This document shows, piece by piece, positions 29,418-37,892 of a stretch of DNA of 64,000 nucleotides (position 1 is the stretch's first letter; every line of letters starts with the position of its first letter). The position numbers and the translations under genes are program-made. A model generated the notes under the pieces. The model had not been told where the DNA came from. It did not search any database and saw nothing but the letters and a program-made list of their open reading frames with translations. The stretch is from sequence record OZ317122.1; one strand, written 5' to 3'. This DNA is from a phage.

Positions 29418-29470
29418 AAATTATACCACAGTCAAGAGGAAAAGTAAACAGTTATTCTTTAAATCTAATC
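29418..29470 (-). promoter_or_regulatory. T4-type early promoter upstream of regB
   Basis: Minus strand GTTTAC, spacer, tggTATAAT. Confidence 0.55.
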
Positions 29471-29730
29471 AATTTATTCATAGACTTTGAAACTTCTGCA
29501 CGAACCTCATGTAGATTTTTGAGCTGTTCAAGACGCTGCGTATAGTAAGCAATTTCATCTTCTTCGAGACAGTCCTGTGAATCTTCTTTAAGATACCGTG
29601 CATAGTCCTGGAAAGCGTTACGGACTACTTCCTGGAAGTCATCAAGACTTTGAATTTTCTTAGGAGCAGCAGACACACGACGAGGGGCAGTATAATACTC
29701 ATAACCAAACCCTGCGCTTAATTGAGCCAT
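29452..29730 (-). CDS. hypothetical protein (vs.3 position)
   Basis: Trimmed to ATG at 29728-29730, overlapping upstream stop. Confidence 0.4.
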   Translation of the reverse strand: MAQLSAGFGYEYYTAPRRVSAAPKKIQSLDDFQEVVRNAFQDYARYLKEDSQDCLEEDEIAYYTQRLEQLKNLHEVRAEVSKSMNKLIRFKE

Positions 29731-29996
29731 TAGTATTTTTCCTCTGGTTGGAACACAGCACGACAAGCCCACATACTGGCTTCTTTGAGTTTCGTTTTAG
29801 CAATAGCTAACTGATCGAGGCTTTCAGCATAATTCTTCGCGAGTTCAAAGTCTTCGCAATTATCTAGTGCTTCCCAGAATTCATCATATAAAGCATCAAA
29901 GATAAGTCCTAAACGAACTTCAGCGTCTTTAATAGCATTTACTTTACCGATTTTTTCGTCGGTATGTGGCTTATAACCTTTAATATCTTCAATCAT
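29730..29996 (-). CDS. small acidic protein at vs.4 position, candidate Acb2-like cyclic-nucleotide sponge
   Basis: 88 aa from ATG at 29994-29996; assigned only by gene order between regB and denV (fourth of six vs-position ORFs). Confidence 0.4.
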   Translation of the reverse strand: MIEDIKGYKPHTDEKIGKVNAIKDAEVRLGLIFDALYDEFWEALDNCEDFELAKNYAESLDQLAIAKTKLKEASMWACRAVFQPEEKY

Positions 29997-30210
29997 ATTT
30001 GACTTCCTCACCAGTACATAAATCGTATTCAACTAAACGAATAGGTTCATGAATGCCATATCCCTGAACAGAAATTTCTGTCGTAGGATAAATTCCACTA
30101 ATATCACCCATATTCCACGCTTCATTAAATTGCTGTTCGCCTGAATTACTAAACCACTCGGCGAAAGCATTTAGCACATCTTCAGAACCTTCAATAATTA
30201 TCTTTGCCAT
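29989..30210 (-). CDS. hypothetical acidic protein (vs.5 position)
   Basis: 73-aa ORF, ATG start. Confidence 0.45.
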   Translation of the reverse strand: MAKIIIEGSEDVLNAFAEWFSNSGEQQFNEAWNMGDISGIYPTTEISVQGYGIHEPIRLVEYDLCTGEEVKYD

Positions 30211-30572
30211 TACAAACTCTCGGTGAAGGTACGAGCGATAACGTCGCGCTGCTGTTCCGGAGTCAGAGAGTTAAAGCGAACTGCATAACCGGATACACGG
30301 ATGGTCAGCTGCGGATATTTTTCCGGATGCTTAACTGCATCTTCCAGAGTTTCACGACGCAGAACGTTAACGTTCAGGTGTTGACCACCTTCAATTTTAA
30401 CTGTAGGCTGTTGCTCAATTTCAATTTCACGGGCATGCAAACCATAGAAAATTTCTGGGTCTACAAAAGAGTCCTCTTTAAAGGTTTTAGAGACAATAAT
30501 TCGTGCTTGAATACCATCTTCAAAATAAATAGTACCTTTATGTGTGCCTTCAAGAATTTGATATGCTTTCAT
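30210..30572 (-). CDS. autonomous glycyl-radical cofactor protein (GrcA/YfiD-like)
   Basis: C-terminal [61 protein letters not shown] with RVSGY glycyl-radical signature. Confidence 0.85.
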   Translation of the reverse strand: MKAYQILEGTHKGTIYFEDGIQARIIVSKTFKEDSFVDPEIFYGLHAREIEIEQQPTVKIEGGQHLNVNVLRRETLEDAVKHPEKYPQLTIRVSGYAVRFNSLTPEQQRDVIARTFTESL

Positions 30573-30578
30573 ATAACC

Positions 30579-30908
30579 TCAATTAGAAAATAAATTTATC
30601 CAAGATTGTTCTTTAATTAAAAATGGCTCAGAATCATATGCCATTAAACTCTGTGTGATTAGTTCTTTAAAAGGCCCATCAATAAATTCCATGGTAAAAT
30701 ATGGAATTTTATTCATTAGCCGTGCATTAGGAGCCGTGCACAAAACTCTGCATCCTTTGAATACGCCTTTTTGTAATTTGTATTGCTTGGGATAAAATTC
30801 GCTCAAAATGTTATTTTTTGCCAAAATTTCAAAATGATTCACCAATTTATTTTTAATAGTTTTTGGCGAAAAATAAAGATATTCGAAAAGCTGAGTGTCT
30901 GTCATCAT
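30579..30908 (-). CDS. hypothetical protein (vs.7 position)
   Basis: Trimmed to ATG at 30906-30908 overlapping upstream stop; ATG at 30959 is an alternative. Confidence 0.4.
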   Translation of the reverse strand: MMTDTQLFEYLYFSPKTIKNKLVNHFEILAKNNILSEFYPKQYKLQKGVFKGCRVLCTAPNARLMNKIPYFTMEFIDGPFKELITQSLMAYDSEPFLIKEQSWINLFSN

Positions 30909-31444
30909 TGCATTCCGATTACGAAAAACTGTGGACGAGTAATACCACCAATGCAACATTTAATATTACAGCAGCAGTGTACAGTGTCAATATGGACACT
31001 ATAAATCTTATCCATATCAGGAGATTTGACAGGCTCATCAATTATATACAAAATTCGCGAAAGTGATAAACCTCTGAACTTGCTTCCTTTATTACCAATA
31101 AAACTGCGCACAGAATCAGTAAATAAACGAAAACGTATATCATCATTAGAATAACGCGAAAATTCCTTTTTAATATTATCTGCGGAAATTTTAGCGTAAG
31201 CTGAAGTATTAGAAAGAACAATAACTGTTCCACCGTCATACAACCAATTAGCGGCAAAATTAGTTACTGCAGTTGATTTACCAGATTGACGCCCACCATC
31301 TAGTCGAAGTGTGCAATACTGTTTAAGTAAGTCTTCAAATGGTGGGATATAATCGTTTTTACAAATTTCTTCTACTCTAGCATTAGAATGGTGTGTAAAA
31401 GCATTCATCAGGGATAGATAAGGACCAGTTAAAAATGTTCTCAT
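30905..31444 (-). CDS. P-loop NTPase-like protein (vs.8 position)
   Basis: 179 aa; Walker A-like GGRQSGKST; C-terminal Cys cluster HCCCNIKCC. Confidence 0.45.
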   Translation of the reverse strand: MRTFLTGPYLSLMNAFTHHSNARVEEICKNDYIPPFEDLLKQYCTLRLDGGRQSGKSTAVTNFAANWLYDGGTVIVLSNTSAYAKISADNIKKEFSRYSNDDIRFRLFTDSVRSFIGNKGSKFRGLSLSRILYIIDEPVKSPDMDKIYSVHIDTVHCCCNIKCCIGGITRPQFFVIGMQ

Positions 31445-31590
31445 TTTTGTTCTCTCTAGGTTTGGGCCATTCCATGGCGCATGAATTGTCCATTTCTGTA
31501 TTTACCCATTACCGCACTTGGGCTCGACCTTATTACAGGTTGGCGGGAATCCCTCACAGAATCATGAGGTCCAGGTTATTCCCATGTTAT

Positions 31591-32007
31591 TTAAATGTAA
31601 ATATTTTTGCCGTAATACTTATACCAGTGTGGCTTCATTAAAATTTTTTCATCGAGTCGTTGTTGACTCAACTTAATAGCTGATTTGCATGGATTATAAT
31701 CATTTTTCCATTCTACTGGAATATCGCTGATGTCAGGAACTTCAGTATCTTTTATACTGAACCCGCGTTTTAAGCATTCCGTTATAATGTCCGATTGACG
31801 CTTTCGCAAAAATTCTAACTTATCGTAAAAGAAAGTAACATGACCAGAACCTAAAATAAATTTAGAAGATATTTTAAAATCTTTAACGCGCTTACCGTTT
31901 GCCACATGCTTACGAACTATACCAAAAACACGCGGCAATTCACGGTATTCTGCGATTAAATGTTGATCAGCAAGTTCAGATACTAAAGTCAAATTAATAC
32001 GAGTCAT
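31591..32007 (-). CDS. denV: endonuclease V (pyrimidine-dimer DNA glycosylase)
   Basis: 138 aa; [17 protein letters not shown]...; matches remembered T4 endo V. Confidence 0.85.
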   Translation of the reverse strand: MTRINLTLVSELADQHLIAEYRELPRVFGIVRKHVANGKRVKDFKISSKFILGSGHVTFFYDKLEFLRKRQSDIITECLKRGFSIKDTEVPDISDIPVEWKNDYNPCKSAIKLSQQRLDEKILMKPHWYKYYGKNIYI

Positions 32008-32021
32008 TTTATCCCTCCAAG

Positions 32022-32597
<576 letters not shown>

Positions 32598-33053
32598 TTA
32601 AAAGAGGCTGTTCATTATTCGGTAAAGTGAAGGACCCATCACATATTGCCACTGAGTACGAGGAATAAGAGCAAAAGCATCCATCTCTGGAATCATAACG
32701 CCATCTTTATTTTCAAAATAAGACTCGCAATGGCAATTTCTAAACATCTCATGCTCTACTGGAATCGTATAATAAAATAACTGTAAGTCTTTATTACTAG
32801 AATATTTAAATACACCTAGGTCTTCTAGAAGGTCTGGATTATAATTGCTAAAACCGGTCTCTTCTAAGCATTCTCTTTTTGCAGCTTCCAGTGCATTCAA
32901 ATCAGAACTTTCTACGCGGCCCTTTGGAATATCCCAGCGATGTGCCATCATTCCAGGCTTACGAGAACCAGTAACCCGACCCATAAATAAATCTTTATCT
33001 TCTGTCATAAAGATAATACCAGCTGATAGTGTTTTCATTTTAATTTCCTGCAT
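32598..33053 (-). CDS. nudE: Nudix hydrolase
   Basis: Nudix box GRVESSDLNALEAAKRECLEETGF. Confidence 0.75.
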   Translation of the reverse strand: MQEIKMKTLSAGIIFMTEDKDLFMGRVTGSRKPGMMAHRWDIPKGRVESSDLNALEAAKRECLEETGFSNYNPDLLEDLGVFKYSSNKDLQLFYYTIPVEHEMFRNCHCESYFENKDGVMIPEMDAFALIPRTQWQYVMGPSLYRIMNSLF

Positions 33054-33523
33054 TCAGTGATAAAGTTATTTAAATTTTGAGTATATTTCTTTTCATCAAA
33101 AATCTTTTGTTGTCTGCGTAAACGCCATGGCATTTCAATGAACATACGCCATATTCCTGATAATACTGCTGCTGTAAAAATATTAACAAGTATAGTTAAA
33201 AGAACCCAATCTCCTATTCTGTCCATTGGATTTTTTATAAAAAAGTAAAATACGAACGATGATATAGGAAGACTAATGATATACCACAGAAGAACCTTCT
33301 TATCTGTGAACCAATCAGCATTCGTTAACTTAGCGCGACCGTTTTGAATACATACGAACTTATCATCTGTTACAGTAAATGGCTTAGCTGCTTGATATCC
33401 CATTCTAAACTCCCTAATCAACAAATTTTTCATATCTTCGGAACAACCATTCCAGTCAACTCTATCAACTGAAATGCCATCGTCCCCATCATCTAAATCA
33501 TACCAGCGAGTTTTTAAAATCAT
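33035..33523 (-). CDS. membrane protein
   Basis: 162 aa with two hydrophobic helices. Confidence 0.45.
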   Translation of the reverse strand: MILKTRWYDLDDGDDGISVDRVDWNGCSEDMKNLLIREFRMGYQAAKPFTVTDDKFVCIQNGRAKLTNADWFTDKKVLLWYIISLPISSFVFYFFIKNPMDRIGDWVLLTILVNIFTAAVLSGIWRMFIEMPWRLRRQQKIFDEKKYTQNLNNFITECRKLK

Positions 33524-33882
33524 TTAATTTTCCTACAATCACTCACAAACTCTTCCATTGATTCTTTTTCAATATAAGACATATAGCTATTATATTCCTT
33601 TAATTGTATTTTGTAATCCTTTTTTCTTTGCCAATTTATTTTAAAATTATCATAATGAAAATATAACATGGTACCAAAGAATGAAAATAATGAAATCGCT
33701 ATAGTAAAACGAAGTTCACTCCAAACCTCTGTTATAATTACTGTGCCGTCGATATTTAAAATAAAACAGTCAATTAACAATCCAATAAGACTACCCGCAA
33801 GAGCTGTAAATACTGATACAGCAAGAATTAATAGTGCCTCTGGAAACGAATATTTGACTTTATTTAGTTTTGGCTTTTGCAT
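33520..33882 (-). CDS. membrane protein
   Basis: 120 aa with two hydrophobic helices. Confidence 0.45.
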   Translation of the reverse strand: MQKPKLNKVKYSFPEALLILAVSVFTALAGSLIGLLIDCFILNIDGTVIITEVWSELRFTIAISLFSFFGTMLYFHYDNFKINWQRKKDYKIQLKEYNSYMSYIEKESMEEFVSDCRKIK

Positions 33883-34256
33883 CGTGATTCCTTAACAAAT
33901 TTCATAATTTCATCAAATTCATACATATCTAGCTTAAGCTGGTGTTCCTTTTTAATCTTTTTACACTGAGCTTTCCAATCACGTACACGTTTACGATAAT
34001 GTCTTCCTTGATACCAGTATCCTACCCAATTTACGGGTACTAATAAAAGTGGAACTATTAATGGAAGAATTAGCATTAACACAAGTATTTCGCCAGAATC
34101 AATATCAGTCATAACATCTAAAACACCTCCAATAATCAATAGAATTACAAATGATATGAGTATAACAGGACCTATTAACACATCAGTAGAAATTATCTGA
34201 CGCTTTGGTTCATACTTCACAGGTTTACTTGGAAGGTATAGTGATGGTTTTGACAT
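33864..34256 (-). CDS. membrane protein
   Basis: Trimmed to ATG at 34254-34256; two hydrophobic helices. Confidence 0.45.
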   Translation of the reverse strand: MSKPSLYLPSKPVKYEPKRQIISTDVLIGPVILISFVILLIIGGVLDVMTDIDSGEILVLMLILPLIVPLLLVPVNWVGYWYQGRHYRKRVRDWKAQCKKIKKEHQLKLDMYEFDEIMKFVKESRCKSQN

Positions 34257-34839
34257 ATTCTCTACATTCCTTAACAAATTTTTCTAGTAATAAATCACTT
34301 TCAAAATTGGGATTTTCTACAAATTTATCAAAAAGATCATCAACAATAGTTAAGATATTCTTTTTACTAAGAATACGTTTATTTTCATGCTTCGTTTCAG
34401 AATCAACTATAAGAGTAAAGAAATATTTCTTGCCCTGAAATTTTACAGTAGTATCAATATAAAATAAATTTGACTTTTGTAAATTACGTTTAAACCATGC
34501 GTCACTTAAACTATAAACACCGAGATAATCAAAATCGTCGTTTAAATAACAAACCGTCCATTCAGGAGAAATGAAATCAGTAAATTCAACATCAAAATCA
34601 CACGTCAATGAATGAATTGATTCAATACTGTTAATGAGTATTCCAGGACGTATTAAAGACTTTTTACCTCTAGAAAATCTTCCGGAAAGGCTTTCATCAG
34701 TTTCATATGAAGACCCCCAATAGTAATTACGTCCTTCTGCCATGCGTTTAAGAGCATTTAGTAATTGGTCTGGAACATCAACCTGTCTTTGGAACTCTTC
34801 AAACATTGAATTGAAATCACTTTGCATTTTCATTTTCAT
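34225..34839 (-). CDS. hypothetical protein
   Basis: 204-aa ORF, ATG start. Confidence 0.45.
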   Translation of the reverse strand: MKMKMQSDFNSMFEEFQRQVDVPDQLLNALKRMAEGRNYYWGSSYETDESLSGRFSRGKKSLIRPGILINSIESIHSLTCDFDVEFTDFISPEWTVCYLNDDFDYLGVYSLSDAWFKRNLQKSNLFYIDTTVKFQGKKYFFTLIVDSETKHENKRILSKKNILTIVDDLFDKFVENPNFESDLLLEKFVKECREYVKTITIPSK

Positions 34840-34858
34840 TCCTATTTACTCCAAGTAT

Positions 34859-34880
34859 AAGGGGCCGAAGCCCCTTATCA
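34859..34880 (-). terminator. GC hairpin (ggggccgaagcccc) directly after stop of 34881..35474
   Basis: Stable CGAA-loop hairpin but no clear U-run; may be an RNA-stability element. Confidence 0.35.
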
Positions 34881-35474
34881 TTATTTCAGAGAATTAATGT
34901 ATTCCTGAACATCGGCAGAGGTAGTTTCAACCCCAGAAATATTACCGTTAAAGGTTTCAACTCGAGCAAGGGTATCTTCAATATCAACCTTAGTCAGTGC
35001 TGCAATTTCAACTACATCATCGGCAGTACTAATTCCAAGGGCATTTGCTGCACGAGTTTCACGGATATATTCCAATTTAACCGCAAGTTCTTGACGAGCA
35101 TCATCTAACTCAACTACTTTCTTGGCGATTTCAATTCGCATTTCAGCATAACCGTCAGCCTTAGTAGTCAACTGCTCAGCTGTTCGACGATATAGTAAAC
35201 CGAGTTTAGCATGCATTGTTACATCTTGGCCTTCGGAAAGAAGTTTACGAATTTCACGCTCTTTTGATTCGGCCTGTCGATTCTTTTCGATAACAAGTTC
35301 ACGAATACGTTTTTCTTCGTTAATAGATTTAACAGAAGCAGTTTTTAGATCTTTAATTTTATCAAGTAGTTTTGCTGCTGCAGCAGTATACTGTTCTTCG
35401 ACAGATAGATTTTTAGCCATAGCAGAACCAAGTTTAGTGCGAATAAACTCAACAATTTTCTTCAGTGTGTTCAT
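34881..35474 (-). CDS. coiled-coil protein, possibly PspA/IM30-like
   Basis: 197 aa, predominantly helical heptads; DTLARVETF segment weakly recalls PspA. Confidence 0.4.
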   Translation of the reverse strand: MNTLKKIVEFIRTKLGSAMAKNLSVEEQYTAAAAKLLDKIKDLKTASVKSINEEKRIRELVIEKNRQAESKEREIRKLLSEGQDVTMHAKLGLLYRRTAEQLTTKADGYAEMRIEIAKKVVELDDARQELAVKLEYIRETRAANALGISTADDVVEIAALTKVDIEDTLARVETFNGNISGVETTSADVQEYINSLK

Positions 35475-35517
35475 AGTATTTCCTTAGGTTAATTGAGATT
35501 TAAAATCCATGAGAGTA

Positions 35518-35694
35518 TTATACTCCGGATAGTTTGTAAACTATTTCAACATCGCCTTTTGCTGCTTTATAACCTTCAGCCCAAGATACAACCGAGTTTT
35601 TATCCGAAGATTCAAATTCTGGCATTGGGCTTTCGCCAATGTTCACGCAGTATGTTTCTTCATTTTCGTCGAACCAAATAATTAAAGTAGTCAT
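35518..35694 (-). CDS. small acidic protein (58 aa), below ORF-track cutoff
   Basis: Hand-translated MTTLIIWFDENEETYCVNIGESPMPEF... Confidence 0.3.
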   Translation of the reverse strand: MTTLIIWFDENEETYCVNIGESPMPEFESSDKNSVVSWAEGYKAAKGDVEIVYKLSGV

Positions 35695-35763
35695 TTATTT
35701 CTCCGTTTTCTGTATTTGTTTTGATAAGTCTATAATAACACCGTCCTTGGCGTTTGTACACAA

Positions 35764-36027
35764 TTATTTCATATTATTGAAATATTCTTCTGCGATTTCA
35801 TCGTTATCATGGTAAACTTTAGAAGACAGTTTAACATAACCTTCAGCAGTGAACATGTTAATCACAACCTTTACAGTATACCACTGACCATCTTCATTAC
35901 CCATTACTGCATAGGTTTCAAACATCGGATGGTCAGGACCGATAACTTTAATATCATTCACTGTACGACCGAAATCTTCTGAAACACATTTCATAAAGAA
36001 GTTGAACAGTTCGCCGTAATTATCCAT
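35764..36027 (-). CDS. hypothetical protein
   Basis: Trimmed to ATG at 36025-36027 (GGAGA upstream). Confidence 0.45.
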   Translation of the reverse strand: MDNYGELFNFFMKCVSEDFGRTVNDIKVIGPDHPMFETYAVMGNEDGQWYTVKVVINMFTAEGYVKLSSKVYHDNDEIAEEYFNNMK

Positions 36028-36064
36028 TTCATTCTCCAAGTTGTTTTTGTATCAGTAGTTGATA

Positions 36065-36115
36065 GTTGTATAGTACCATGGAAGAACAGGGATGTAAACA
36101 GTTTTGTGAAAAAAT
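36065..36115 (-). promoter_or_regulatory. T4-type early promoter
   Basis: gttgatagttgtatagtaccatgg...gtaaacagttttgtgaaaaaa signature. Confidence 0.6.
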
Positions 36116-36231
36116 TTTTTAAAAAGTTTTAGGGAATTCTAGGGCAGGGAGGGGCAATTAAAAGATAGGATAATATATTATAAAGGGTAGAAACTAAATG
36201 ATGTCTAGAGAGGCCCGGAAAGGCCTAGATA

Positions 36232-36261
36232 CCAAAAAGCCCCAACCTTTTGGTCGGGGCT
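36232..36261 (-). terminator. rho-independent terminator
   Basis: Minus-strand RNA gccccgaccaaaagguuggggc followed by UUUUU; near-identical to 36790..36819. Confidence 0.7.
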
Positions 36262-36268
36262 AAGAATG

Positions 36269-36742
36269 TTATTTGATTTGTTTAGCAGACCAAATGCGGT
36301 CTTTAATAATTTTTTGGATGTCTTCAACATACTCAAGAGAGTGAACATGTGGGTTATCTTTGAAACTATAAGCACGAGCTAGCTTTTGGCCTTCAGTTTT
36401 GATTACTAAAAGCTCTTTAAGGATAGCTTCATATTTGGAGATAATTCCTTTAACAATATTTTTCTCTTGTGTGACTTTAGGATCTGCTTTAGGAGCAGGT
36501 TTACCTGAAGCCTTTGCAAAAGCAGCTCCAGTAGCAACTAAACTTTTCCAAGCCATACTAACTGCATTCCCTGTAAATCCTTCGGCTTTCATATCACGAG
36601 CAAATTGGAATCGTGATTCATCGGAAGCATCTTTATAGGAATATTTACCCGCGGCAATGGCAGCTTTTGCAACAGCTTGAATTTCAGTGCTAGATGCTTC
36701 ATTTAACACCGCTTCATTTAAAAATTGAGTATATGATTTCAT
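36269..36742 (-). CDS. internal-protein-like capsid-targeted protein (157 aa)
   Basis: N-terminus MKSYTQFLNE resembles T4 internal-protein leader with LxE protease-site motifs; own late promoter; flanked by terminators. Confidence 0.55.
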   Translation of the reverse strand: MKSYTQFLNEAVLNEASSTEIQAVAKAAIAAGKYSYKDASDESRFQFARDMKAEGFTGNAVSMAWKSLVATGAAFAKASGKPAPKADPKVTQEKNIVKGIISKYEAILKELLVIKTEGQKLARAYSFKDNPHVHSLEYVEDIQKIIKDRIWSAKQIK

Positions 36743-36778
36743 CTTATTTCCTGTTTTAATTCGGGGTTTTAATATACT

Positions 36779-36786
36779 TATTTATA
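36779..36786 (-). promoter_or_regulatory. late promoter TATAAATA
   Basis: Plus-strand tatttata about 37 nt upstream of ATG at 36742. Confidence 0.6.
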
Positions 36787-36789
36787 CTA

Positions 36790-36819
36790 AAAAGCCCCAA
36801 CCTTTCGGTCGGGGCTAAG
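36790..36819 (-). terminator. rho-independent terminator ending the tRNA/stable-RNA transcription unit
   Basis: Minus-strand RNA gccccgaccgaaagguuggggc followed by UUUUU. Confidence 0.7.
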
Positions 36820-36820
36820 C

Positions 36821-37131
36821 CTTGCGGCAACCTTGTCGGGGTTCCACCTGCTAAGGCAAGTGTTTGTACGAAACGCCGGGATTCGAACCCGGTTATTAAG
36901 CAGTTGACGCTACTCAATATTTTTAAAAGGCCATATCTCGACCATATCCGAACGTTCCGTCAAAAACGCTACTCGGCTTACGGCAAAGATATTTCCTCGA
37001 ATCGATAATTCGGTGCGCCGTTTCTGCTGTGATATAAGGGGACATTAACAAAACATAAAGATTTATTAATACCAGTCCTTAAACAGGGAACATCAGTCCG
37101 ACGACTTGCCGGTAGCGACCCGGCTTCTTGT
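36821..37131 (-). ncRNA. candidate stable RNA region between tRNA-Arg and terminator, containing a tRNA-like T-arm
   Basis: No ORF; minus-strand ccgggTTCGAATcccgg with pairing flanks cggaacg/cgtttcg but no proper anticodon arm. Confidence 0.3.
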
Positions 37132-37207
37132 CTGGTCGAGGCAGTAGGGATCGAACCTACGACCCAGGACTTAGAAGGTCCTTGCTCTTCCTTCTGAGCT
37201 ATGCCTC
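37132..37207 (-). tRNA. tRNA-Arg (anticodon TCT)
   Basis: Cloverleaf: acceptor CGAGGCA/TGCCTCG, anticodon loop CTTCTAA, T-arm GTAGGTTCGATCCCTAC, CCA encoded. Confidence 0.85.
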
Positions 37208-37211
37208 GTAT

Positions 37212-37286
37212 TTGGCGGACGTGATAGGATTCGAACCTATAACCAATCGCTTAACAGGCGATCGCTCTGCCATTGAGCTACACATC
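37212..37286 (-). tRNA. tRNA-Asn (anticodon GTT)
   Basis: D-stem GCTC/GAGC, anticodon stem ATCGC/GCGAT with loop CTGTTAA, T-arm ATAGGTTCGAATCCTAT, CCA encoded. Confidence 0.8.
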
Positions 37287-37290
37287 CAAA

Positions 37291-37377
37291 TTGGTGGGGA
37301 GTGGTGGAGTCGAACCACCCGAGTCGCAATGACAATGGATTTACAGTCCACACCGCTACCTCTACGGGATAACTCCC
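37291..37377 (-). tRNA. tRNA-Tyr (anticodon GTA), long variable arm
   Basis: Anticodon stem GTGGA/TCCAT with loop CTGTAAA; T-arm GGTGGTTCGACTCCACC; 87 nt; D-arm pairing less clean. Confidence 0.7.
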
Positions 37378-37387
37378 CAAATTAATT

Positions 37388-37462
37388 TGGTGGCCCTGGG
37401 TGGAATTGAACCACCATCTGGCGATTATGAGTCGCTTGCTTGAACCTTCCAGCTACAGGGCC
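37388..37462 (-). tRNA. tRNA with CAT anticodon (Met or lysidine-type Ile, as T4 tRNA-Ile)
   Basis: Anticodon loop CTCATAA; T-arm GGTGGTTCAATTCCACC; CCA encoded. Confidence 0.8.
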
Positions 37463-37463
37463 T

Positions 37464-37539
37464 TGGTGCTGATTGACGGAATCGAACCGCCGACCTTCTC
37501 ATTACAAGTGAGTTGCTCTACCTACTGAGCTAAATCAGC
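37464..37539 (-). tRNA. tRNA-Thr (anticodon TGT)
   Basis: D-arm TAGCTCAGTAGGTAGAGC, anticodon loop CTTGTAA, T-arm GGCGGTTCGATTCCGTC. Confidence 0.85.
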
Positions 37540-37544
37540 AAAAC

Positions 37545-37634
37545 TGGCGGAGGCGATAGGATTTGAACCTATGAGTCGCCGGAGCGACTGCCGGTTTTCA
37601 AGACCGGTGCATTAAACCACTCTGCCACGCCTCC
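37545..37634 (-). tRNA. tRNA-Ser (anticodon TGA), long variable arm
   Basis: Anticodon stem CCGGT/ACCGG with loop CTTGAAA; long variable arm; T-arm ATAGGTTCAAATCCTAT. Confidence 0.85.
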
Positions 37635-37636
37635 AG

Positions 37637-37710
37637 TCTCCGTGGCAGGATTTGAACCTACGACATTCTGCTCCCAAAGCAGACGCTCTACCAAACTGAG
37701 CTACACGAAG
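37637..37710 (-). tRNA. tRNA-Pro (anticodon TGG), 3' CCA not encoded
   Basis: Anticodon loop TTGGGAG; acceptor CTTCGTG/CACGGAG; only 2 nt separate it from tRNA-Ser. Confidence 0.8.
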
Positions 37711-37720
37711 TAAATTAAAT

Positions 37721-37794
<74 letters not shown>

Positions 37795-37799
37795 AAATT

Positions 37800-37886
37800 T
37801 GGTGCGAGAAGTGGGACTCGAACCCACAAGGAAATCATTCCGCAGCATTTTAAGTGCTGTGCCTTTACCAATTTGACCATTCTCGC
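37800..37886 (-). tRNA. tRNA-Leu (anticodon TAA), long variable arm
   Basis: Anticodon stem CAGCA/TGCTG with loop CTTAAAA; T-arm GTGGGTTCGAGTCCCAC. Confidence 0.85.
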
Positions 37887-37892
37887 GCTATA

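Noticed and set aside
30204-30593. Plus-strand 129-aa ORF antisense to the GrcA-like gene
   Set aside because: The minus-strand frame encodes a protein near-identical to a known family; the antisense frame is a byproduct
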